A stretch of 64,000 nucleotides of DNA, taken from the NCBI GenBank assembly GCA_965231125.1, contig OZ246414.1:145739-209738 (forward strand), read 5' to 3'. Origin of the DNA: an uncultured Gammaproteobacteria bacterium (GTDB taxonomy: Bacteria > Patescibacteriota > Microgenomatia > Woykebacterales > RBG-16-39-9b). Shown piece after piece: positions 8,698 to 15,845 of this stretch. The notes beneath the pieces are model-generated. The model was not told the DNA's origin, searched no databases, and saw nothing but the letters and a program-made list of their open reading frames with translations. Each line of letters opens with the position of its first letter. Positions within the stretch are counted from its first letter, which is position 1. The position numbers were made by a program, and so were the translations under genes.

Positions 8698-10197
8698 TCA
8701 CTTGTCAGCCTTTTTACCGATCTTTTCCGTCACCTGGTATTCTAGCCTTTTGCCAAGAATCAGGCGAGTGTGGGCATCCATCCCGGGAAGTGCCCCAAAA
8801 AGAAAACCAGTCGCCGGCAGAAGCAAATACTGCAGAATTGTAAAGGGAAGGAAGCTTTTTTTAAAATAGGTAGGTCGAGGCGGCCGCAGCAACCAATCCA
8901 CCACTATCACACAGACGACGAATACAGCGCAAATACTAAGAATAAAACCAGATATACGCGGTAGATAAAAACCCAAACTAGTGTAACGGAAGACTGGATT
9001 GATCAGAGGCGGCAAACTTGCCCCTAGAGTTAGAATCCACCAATTTGCCGGCCAAAATAAATGTTGTTCAAGAGCCCTAAGAAATTTGAAAAAAAAGTTA
9101 GTTTTATTGATTTCCCTTCTTCGGCGCCAAAACTCGCTGATTGCATAACCAATGTCAGTTACTCCCCAAGCCCAGCGGCGGTTTTGCTTGTATAAAGCGT
9201 TTAACGACTGGATATAAGTGCTTCCCTCGGCGGCGTCGGCAAAAAGAGACAGATAAATTGACTCCAGGCTTACAAGTCCCTTGTGAGTGAAAAAGGTTTT
9301 AAAAAATAAATGCCAGTCTTCGGCTACCACATCTGCATCCCAAAAATCCGATTCTTCTAAAAGCCGCCAAGATAAAGAGTAAGTCGAGTAATTAAAATTT
9401 GAAGCTGGTCTCATTAGTTCCGCAATACCGTTAATTGAATAGAGGGTGTGAACTACTCGATTGAAGATGGGTACGCGCCAGATATTGTTGTAAAAAACCA
9501 GGGCAGCTTGCCAAAAGTGCAAATACCGGGCCTCATCAGTTAAAAATTTGTAAGTTAAGTTTGAGAGATACTTTGGGTGAAGGCACACATCGGCGTCGCA
9601 AGAGGTTGCCAAGATAGAGTCCTTGGGGTAATGTGCCTTTTCAATAAAATCTTTAATTTGCCGGCCGGCAAAAGCAAGGTTGGAAGATTTTCCAATTACC
9701 TCGCCTTGCTCCAGATGGTGGGAGGTGACCCAGAAATTATCAAAACGGCCTCCGTAAATTTTTTTAAGGTGCTCCACTTTCTCCAAAACACCTTCTTCGC
9801 GTTTCTCGGTTGCCAAGACCACAGAGACTTGTTTAGTGGGGAATTCTTGTTCGGCCAAAAAATTAAGGGTTCGATCCAACACGTCCTCAGGCTCTTTGTA
9901 AGTGGGAATAAAAATTATGTGCCGTATTTTAGAGTAATCAAGGTGGCCTTCTTTCAGCTTTTTTAGCCAAGAGGCTTGGGCCGTTACTTTTATTTTTAAA
10001 TAACCGCGGATCGAGTTAATTCCTAGGGTAGCCGCCTTCCAAAAAAAGTAAATATCAAAAAGGATTATGAAAAAGGCCACCACCGAGGCAGATAAGAAGG
10101 ACGCCCAAAAAGGCGCGGTAAGCAAAATCCAAGATAAAAAGGCTGGTAAACTTTCAATAAAATAATTAGTTTTTCGGCGGCCGACTAGGCTGTCCAT
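8698..10197 (-). CDS. processive family-2 glycosyltransferase (cellulose/chitin-synthase-like)
   Basis: DAD and Q-x-x-R-W (QNRRWAWG) motifs. N- and C-terminal TM segments. Confidence 0.7.
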   Translation of the reverse strand: MDSLVGRRKTNYFIESLPAFLSWILLTAPFWASFLSASVVAFFIILFDIYFFWKAATLGINSIRGYLKIKVTAQASWLKKLKEGHLDYSKIRHIIFIPTYKEPEDVLDRTLNFLAEQEFPTKQVSVVLATEKREEGVLEKVEHLKKIYGGRFDNFWVTSHHLEQGEVIGKSSNLAFAGRQIKDFIEKAHYPKDSILATSCDADVCLHPKYLSNLTYKFLTDEARYLHFWQAALVFYNNIWRVPIFNRVVHTLYSINGIAELMRPASNFNYSTYSLSWRLLEESDFWDADVVAEDWHLFFKTFFTHKGLVSLESIYLSLFADAAEGSTYIQSLNALYKQNRRWAWGVTDIGYAISEFWRRRREINKTNFFFKFLRALEQHLFWPANWWILTLGASLPPLINPVFRYTSLGFYLPRISGFILSICAVFVVCVIVVDWLLRPPRPTYFKKSFLPFTILQYLLLPATGFLFGALPGMDAHTRLILGKRLEYQVTEKIGKKADK

Positions 10198-10964
10198 AAA
10201 TTCAAAAGATTATTAGCGTTTGTACTTGTCGCCTCTGCCACCTCGGCAAGATCTAGACTCTTCAGACGGGCGACCCTCTCTGCTGTAATTTTAACACGAT
10301 AGGGCTCGTTGCGGCTGCCACGATGCGGTTCCGGTGGCAAATAAGGCGAGTCGGTTTCTACCAAAATTCTTTCTAAGGGAACTTCCCCAGCGCTTTCTCG
10401 AATATAATCGTTGCCTTTGTAAGTAACGTTTCCCGAAAAAGAAATATAAAGACCAAGGCCCAAAAACTTTTTCACTTGCTTAGGGGTTCCCATAAAGCAG
10501 TGCACTAGCCCAGTTAAATCTTTGTAATTCTTAATTTCTTCGTAAAGCTCGTCGTATGCATCGCGGCAGTGAAAAAGAACCGGCTTGTCGTTTTCAATTG
10601 CCAGATTAATCTGTTCACGAAGAATTTTGCCTTGAGCTTTTAAATCCGGCGTTGGGTAACCTGCGTACAAATGATTATCCAAACCAATTTCGCCGATAGC
10701 AACAACCTTTCGTTGTTTGATTAATTTTTCTAAACCAGTCAAAGCTTCACTAGACCATTGATCAACGTGGTGTGGATGGACGCCAACCGCCGCAAAAAAA
10801 TTTTCTACCTTGCTTGACAACTCGACTCCTTTATTGCTGCTATCCAAACTCGCCCCAACATTCACAATAGCTTCTAGCTCTTTAGAATTTCTCTTAACCA
10901 CTTCGTCGCGGTCGGCGTCGTAGGCTTGAAATTGTAAGTGGGCGTGAGTGTCGATAAGTTTCAC
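10185..10964 (-). CDS. tatD: TatD-family metal-dependent hydrolase/DNase
   Basis: Begins MKLIDTHAHLQ. 259 aa. Classic TatD motifs. Confidence 0.8.
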   Translation of the reverse strand: MKLIDTHAHLQFQAYDADRDEVVKRNSKELEAIVNVGASLDSSNKGVELSSKVENFFAAVGVHPHHVDQWSSEALTGLEKLIKQRKVVAIGEIGLDNHLYAGYPTPDLKAQGKILREQINLAIENDKPVLFHCRDAYDELYEEIKNYKDLTGLVHCFMGTPKQVKKFLGLGLYISFSGNVTYKGNDYIRESAGEVPLERILVETDSPYLPPEPHRGSRNEPYRVKITAERVARLKSLDLAEVAEATSTNANNLLNLWTA

Positions 10965-11018
10965 GGGTTGGATTATATCATTTGGTTGGAAAATGGGTAA
11001 CGTAAACTTGACAAATAG

Positions 11019-11050
11019 CCCTAGCTAGGCGTTAAGACGCCTAGCGCAGG
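11019..11050. repeat. conserved hairpin element copy 1: CCC-TAGCTAGGCG-TTAAGA-CGCCTAGC-GCAGG
   Basis: 8-bp perfect stem with a 6-nt loop. Second copy at 52354-52385 carries a compensatory G->A / C->T pair. Both lie upstream of strong promoters. Confidence 0.5.
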
Positions 11051-11116
11051 ATTCGAGAATACCTAGATTACGAGCGTGGCTGCGCGAGAATTTAGTTATG
11101 TAGAATCCTATAGGAT

Positions 11117-11145
11117 TTGACAAAAGGGTCTTTTTATGATATAAT
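11117..11145 (+). promoter_or_regulatory. consensus sigma70 promoter TTGACA - 17 nt - TATAAT (cassette B), embedded in ATAGGATTTGACAAA module
   Basis: Exact hexamers and spacer. The 5' module ATAGGATTTGACAAA is shared with the promoter at 19437. Confidence 0.6.
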
Positions 11146-11326
11146 GTAACCATTAACAATTGAAAAGTTACTGGGTAGTGTAAGGCATCTAGTAACTGGG
11201 GTTGAATGTATTTCTAACTGTCATTGCAAGTAATTGCCCTGAAGCAAACACATTTGAAACCAGTTACCAGGTGCCTTTTTTAGGACTTGGATGTTGGTAA
11301 GGCCAAAATAGCCGTAAGGAGGAATC

Positions 11327-11644
11327 GTGGGTACTACAGTACGATACGGGGCGTTCGGTCATGGCACAGTAGAGGTGGACGATAATGGTTTCATCGAAAT
11401 GCCGGTTGTCGTCCAAGAGAGCGGTCTCTTTGCTGGCGCTCCGCCTGCAGAGATGCGGATTCATACTGTCTGTCAGTACGGAGCGGACGAATTCAATCGG
11501 CGTTACGTCGCCAAAATGAACCGTCGGACTGATCTGCCATTCTATCTGACAACGGCCAAGGTGAAAATCACCGGTCAGCTCGAAAAGATCACCGACGATA
11601 TGATCGAGGCTGAGGGTCTCGAACCTATACCAGACTGCGATTAG
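11327..11644 (+). CDS. hypothetical 105-aa protein (GC-rich cassette B)
   Basis: GTG start with AAGGAGG 4-5 nt upstream. GC content is clearly above the neighbouring genes. It follows a leader of about 175 nt. Confidence 0.5.
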   Translation: MGTTVRYGAFGHGTVEVDDNGFIEMPVVVQESGLFAGAPPAEMRIHTVCQYGADEFNRRYVAKMNRRTDLPFYLTTAKVKITGQLEKITDDMIEAEGLEPIPDCD

Positions 11645-11744
11645 AAAGCACGACGCCTTTAAAGCTCGTGAGCCTAGGATCATAGCACTCGATAGAGTTG
11701 CTTAATGTTCCTAGGTTTTCCCAAGATATTAACCAAGTTGATAT

Positions 11745-11786
11745 TTTAGGAGGAAAAACGACTCGGAAACGGGTCGTTTTTCTTTT
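11745..11786. terminator. bidirectional intrinsic terminator, repeat family copy 2 (GGAGGAAAAACGACTCGG-AAAC-GGGTCGTTTTTCTTTT)
   Basis: 9-bp stem AAAAACGAC/GTCGTTTTT followed by a T-run. Between convergent cassette B ORF and metG. Confidence 0.55.
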
Positions 11787-11810
11787 CCTTCGACATTGCT
11801 CAGGATAAAG

Positions 11811-13241
11811 CTAATTTTTTCTTGGGAAAAGTGGGGATTCGCTTTTTATCTCTGACTTAGAGAATTGTTGTTCTATCTTCTCGGCGGTTTCCGGAAGAAA
11901 TGGTTTTAATCTTAGCGCTATTTTTCTGAGATCGTCTATTTCTGATTGTAGTATATTTTTTAATTTTCTTTCGTCCTTTTCATTCCACGGCGCATAATGG
12001 TCTATATGTTTATCTACGGCAGAGATATCTAACCAAATTCTCTGCAATGCTATGTCGAATCTGAAGTCTTCAAGAGCTTTTGCCCACTCCTCATCAAAAA
12101 CTTCGTCCAAAGAATCAGTTTGTCCAAATTCAAATCCTGACTTCTCTGCAAGTTTGGCGACGCGCGCCACTAAGTTCCCCAAACCATTGGCAAGATCGGC
12201 GTTATAAACTTCTTTAAAACGTTCTTCCGAGAAATCGCCGTCACCCCCAAATGGAATTTCTTTAAGGAGAAAGTAGCGGATTGCATCCGCCCCGTATTTT
12301 TCCACAAGTTCTTTAGGGTCCACAGCGTTGCCTAAAGATTTACTAATTTTTTCACCCTCGACGGTTAAATAACCATGGACATAAATTGATTTTGGTAGGG
12401 GAAGGCCAGCCGCCAGTAAAATTGCCGGCCAATAAATTGCGTGAAAGCGCAATATGCCCTTACCGATTAGATGTGTGTCTGCCGGCCACCACTTGTTGAA
12501 AGTCTCTTCGTCTGTTCCGTAACCAGCTCCAGTTAGATAAATTCCAAGAGCGTCAAACCAGACGTACATCATCTGATCCGGATCATCTGGAACAGATACT
12601 CCCCACCCTTTTGCCCTTTTTACAGATCTGGAAATACTAAAATCTTCTAGCCCTTGATTTATAAACCCTAAAGCTTCGTTTTTTCTTTCTGTCGGAAACA
12701 CTTTCAGCTCGTCCCTCTCAATTAAATCTTTTAGCGTTTCTTGATAGTCAGAAAGTTTAAAAAAGTAATTTTCTTCGCTGACCTCCTCTGGTTTTGTCTT
12801 ATGTTCCGGGCATTTACCATCGACCAGCTCGTTTTCGGTGTAAAATTGCTCGCAACCCACACAGTAAAGACCAGTGTAAGGTTTTTTATAAATCTTGTCC
12901 TGGCAAAGGCGCCACAGTTTTTGGACGCCGGGCCAATGCTTGTTTTTATTAGAACTGCGGAAAAACGCATCGTAAGAAAAATTTAGAATATCTTTGAGAT
13001 CGGCAAATTCCTTCGCGTGTATATCACAAAGCTCTTGGGTTGATAAGCCAGCCTCTTCGGCTGCCTTAACATTTTTTAAACTATTCTCATCCGCCCCCGT
13101 CAATAAGAATGTTCGCACGCCCTGTTGTCTATAATAGCGGGCTATCACATCTGCTTGGACAGCCTCAAGCGCAAAGCCAAGGTGAGGTGCCGCGTTGACG
13201 TAGGGAATAGCTGTAGTTAGATAGAATTTCTTTTGGTTCAT
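11811..13241 (-). CDS. metG: methionyl-tRNA synthetase (short form)
   Basis: Class I aaRS. PYVNAAPHLGF region (HIGH-like) and KISKS (KMSKS). Cys-containing zinc knuckle CPEHK. Confidence 0.85.
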   Translation of the reverse strand: MNQKKFYLTTAIPYVNAAPHLGFALEAVQADVIARYYRQQGVRTFLLTGADENSLKNVKAAEEAGLSTQELCDIHAKEFADLKDILNFSYDAFFRSSNKNKHWPGVQKLWRLCQDKIYKKPYTGLYCVGCEQFYTENELVDGKCPEHKTKPEEVSEENYFFKLSDYQETLKDLIERDELKVFPTERKNEALGFINQGLEDFSISRSVKRAKGWGVSVPDDPDQMMYVWFDALGIYLTGAGYGTDEETFNKWWPADTHLIGKGILRFHAIYWPAILLAAGLPLPKSIYVHGYLTVEGEKISKSLGNAVDPKELVEKYGADAIRYFLLKEIPFGGDGDFSEERFKEVYNADLANGLGNLVARVAKLAEKSGFEFGQTDSLDEVFDEEWAKALEDFRFDIALQRIWLDISAVDKHIDHYAPWNEKDERKLKNILQSEIDDLRKIALRLKPFLPETAEKIEQQFSKSEIKSESPLFPRKN

Positions 13242-13642
13242 CGTGAGGAGAAGTATACCTCAATTAGTAAAGCGATCAAAATTATAAAAACGGAATTGAG
13301 CAAATTATCCAGCTGATAAATTTTTAAAAGTCCAAGACCGGCAAGTGCGCTTGCAAAGATAGCGCTTCTTCTGGCGGACCGGCGAAATATCCGCCTTGGT
13401 ATTAAATTTTCTTCAACGACGGCGACGCGTTTCCGTGGGGCTTCTCCAAAAAGAAAATTGATAAAATACAGAGCAAGGGCTGCTGTGGCAGCAGTCGCAA
13501 GCCACCCTGAGACAAAAAAATAAATAAAATTTACTCCAACCAGTTTCCCACCAATTTCCGGTGGGACAATCAACACGATGTAGGCAAAGACCGCCCAGGC
13601 TAGGACGGCGGCTATTAACACTGGTAACAAAAAAGGCCTCAC
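13238..13642 (-). CDS. hypothetical membrane protein
   Basis: 134 aa, four hydrophobic helices. Its stop overlaps the metG start. Confidence 0.45.
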   Translation of the reverse strand: MRPFLLPVLIAAVLAWAVFAYIVLIVPPEIGGKLVGVNFIYFFVSGWLATAATAALALYFINFLFGEAPRKRVAVVEENLIPRRIFRRSARRSAIFASALAGLGLLKIYQLDNLLNSVFIILIALLIEVYFSSR

Positions 13643-13671
13643 TAGTTAATATTAGCTACAAGTCACGTGAG

Positions 13672-13700
13672 TTTACAAGAGAGGCTACTTTTGCTAATAT
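13672..13700 (+). promoter_or_regulatory. promoter TTTACA - 17 nt - TAATAT giving a near-leaderless rmuC mRNA
   Basis: -10 ends 9 nt before the ATG at 13710. No SD sequence. Confidence 0.45.
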
Positions 13701-13709
13701 TGGCTAGCC

Positions 13710-14756
13710 ATGGACCAACAAAGCCTTATTTTAATAATTGGCGCCATAATAGTTGTCGGCTTTTTATTTTTTTTCAAGCAACTCCAGGAGTTGAAGGAAA
13801 AAAAAGAAGATAAATCCCAAGAAGTACTTCTTAAATGGCTTGAAGAGATGCGGGGTAGTGTGGACAAAAACACTGAGACTCTCCAGAGCCGGCTTGAGGC
13901 AACAAATAAAACAATTAACGAGCGGCTTGATAATGCTGCCAAGGTGATTGGAATGGTCGGTAAGGAAGTTGGCCAGATGAGCGAGATTGGCCGGTCCATG
14001 AAGGATCTTCAGGATTTTCTTCGCAGTCCGAAACTACGCGGAAATATTGGTGAGCAAGTGCTCCGCGAACTCTTAGGACAATTTTTACCTAAAGAAAGTT
14101 TTCACCTGCAGTATCGTTTCCGCTCGGGAGACATTGTTGATGCGGCTATAAAAACTGAATCCGGAATTATTCCCATTGATTCAAAATTCCCTATGGAGAA
14201 TTTTAAGAAGATAATGCAGACGGAGACAGAGGCGGATAAGAAAGTCTACGAGAAGGAGTTTGCTCGCGATGTGAAAAAACACATCGACGATATCGCTAAA
14301 AAATATATTTTGCCGGAAGAGGGAACAATTGACTACGCTCTTATGTACATTCCTTCCGAGCCAGTATTCTACGAAATAATGAGCAACATACCAGAGCTTT
14401 CTGATTACGCCCACAAGAGACGAGTTCTCCCTGTCTCTCCGAGCACTTTTTACGCTTACATGCGCGCTATTCTCATGAGCTTTGAAGGGAAGAAAATTGA
14501 AGAACGCGCTCGCGCCATTTTAACTTCTCTGCGTGGGATTAAGGGAGACTCCGAAAAATTTGGCGAAGTTTTGCGGGTGCTCACCAAACATATTAACGAT
14601 GCAAAAAATACTTCTGACCTGGTAAATTCTCGATACCTTGCGCTATCAGGTAAAATAGAACACGCAGGAGGTTTGAAAGGAAAAGAAGATCGGCAGGCTC
14701 TTGCAGAGCCGGAGACTCTCCCGCTCGAAGAGGAGGAGATAACGGAAGAAAGGTAG
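13710..14756 (+). CDS. rmuC: DNA recombination protein RmuC
   Basis: N-terminal TM and coiled coil. Conserved RmuC motif LRSPKLRGNIGEQVLRELL. Confidence 0.75.
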   Translation: MDQQSLILIIGAIIVVGFLFFFKQLQELKEKKEDKSQEVLLKWLEEMRGSVDKNTETLQSRLEATNKTINERLDNAAKVIGMVGKEVGQMSEIGRSMKDLQDFLRSPKLRGNIGEQVLRELLGQFLPKESFHLQYRFRSGDIVDAAIKTESGIIPIDSKFPMENFKKIMQTETEADKKVYEKEFARDVKKHIDDIAKKYILPEEGTIDYALMYIPSEPVFYEIMSNIPELSDYAHKRRVLPVSPSTFYAYMRAILMSFEGKKIEERARAILTSLRGIKGDSEKFGEVLRVLTKHINDAKNTSDLVNSRYLALSGKIEHAGGLKGKEDRQALAEPETLPLEEEEITEER

Positions 14757-14764
14757 TGAAAACA

Positions 14765-15022
14765 ATGAAACAGAGAGCGTTACTTTTGCTTGCCAGTAAG
14801 TACACTGGCCAGCTGCTGGTTGTCGGATGGGTAGTTATGAGTGCCTATGTTATGGCTCTAACACTTGTTGGAAGGAATTATCTTTTCAGCTGGGCTGAGT
14901 ACTCAATCGTCGCCGCGCTACTAAGCTTACTACCACTGTACGTTGCTGCGTGTTGGTTGCTTAACCGCCACTACTCCAGCAATGATCAAAAGATTGTCTT
15001 TCTTCAGCAGTGGAGAAGGTAA
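14765..15022 (+). CDS. small 2-TM membrane protein (GC-elevated cassette D, gene 1)
   Basis: ATG at 14765 with an AAAGG-type SD. Overlaps the rmuC stop. Confidence 0.45.
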   Translation: MKQRALLLLASKYTGQLLVVGWVVMSAYVMALTLVGRNYLFSWAEYSIVAALLSLLPLYVAACWLLNRHYSSNDQKIVFLQQWRR

Positions 15023-15046
15023 CTGAAAGGTAGGAAGGAGAAACGA

Positions 15047-15346
15047 GTGTCTACGAATGAAGGTTTTGCGGAAGGGCTGCTAATGTTAGCCTTGTATCTT
15101 GGTTTTGCTCTACCGGGTCTTGCCATGGTGGTGATCATGGAGATGGCTGATCCAGCTGCTTTGTGGTTGGAATTAGCTGTCGGCGCCGCAGTCACGTGGA
15201 CAGTTGGCTTTGTAGCAGTACGAACGGCCCTCGTGTTCATGGAGTGGCGCGGGGCATCCATAAAAGTACCTACTAAGAAATGGAAACTGGCGTTCTCAGC
15301 CTTGTGGCCGGTCACGTATTGGAAATTAAGATTCGACCCACACTAG
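15047..15346 (+). CDS. small 2-TM membrane protein (cassette D, gene 2)
   Basis: GTG start with GGAAGGAG SD upstream. Confidence 0.45.
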   Translation: MSTNEGFAEGLLMLALYLGFALPGLAMVVIMEMADPAALWLELAVGAAVTWTVGFVAVRTALVFMEWRGASIKVPTKKWKLAFSALWPVTYWKLRFDPH

Positions 15347-15370
15347 GTTGACGGTTGAAAGGGGTCTGCT

Positions 15371-15586
15371 GTGAGAACAATCAAACGAGTGACCATTGGA
15401 ATCTATCTTCTTGGGGCGGTGGCGACGTGGTTTTTCTTCAACATCACGGATCGTGACCCAGGAGGAAAGTGGCGGATCTTTCGAGACTTCGATGCCAAGT
15501 TCATCGTGGCGGGCACTTGGTTCCTTCACTTCTGGACGTGGAACTTTGAACAGCTTAAGCTTAGCTACGAGGAAGGTAAGAAATGA
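15371..15586 (+). CDS. small membrane protein (cassette D, gene 3)
   Basis: GTG start with GAAAGGGG SD upstream. Confidence 0.4.
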   Translation: MRTIKRVTIGIYLLGAVATWFFFNITDRDPGGKWRIFRDFDAKFIVAGTWFLHFWTWNFEQLKLSYEEGKK

Positions 15587-15768
15587 GTGGGATGCAGTTA
15601 GGTCTACTGGCAGCCTTTTTCTGGTTGATAATCGCCAGACGAAGTATTGGCGCAAACGTTAAGAAGGCTCTAACCGAAAGCCGTAATAACCAATTTGGGT
15701 TTGGTTGGACGTCCCTTTCGGTACTAATCGCAATCTTGTATGGCTTGATTTTCAGACCCTACTATTAA
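15583..15768 (+). CDS. small 2-TM membrane protein (cassette D, gene 4)
   Basis: ATG start with GAGGAAGG SD. Its start overlaps the previous stop (ATGA). Confidence 0.45.
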   Translation: MSGMQLGLLAAFFWLIIARRSIGANVKKALTESRNNQFGFGWTSLSVLIAILYGLIFRPYY

Positions 15769-15769
15769 A

Positions 15770-15803
15770 CCGCCGACCCTTTCTGATCGGCGGTTTTCTT
15801 TTT
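15770..15803 (+). terminator. intrinsic terminator CCGCCGA-loop-TCGGCGG + TTTTCTTTTT
   Basis: 7-bp GC-rich stem followed by a T-run directly after cassette D. Confidence 0.6.
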
Positions 15804-15845
15804 AAAGATTTACTCGTCTTTTGCCTATGGTAAAATTGGTTGACC

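Noticed and set aside
15840-15845. TTG start for the helicase-nuclease as given in the ORF track
   Set aside because: An ATG two codons downstream (15846) is the more conventional start. The difference is trivial.
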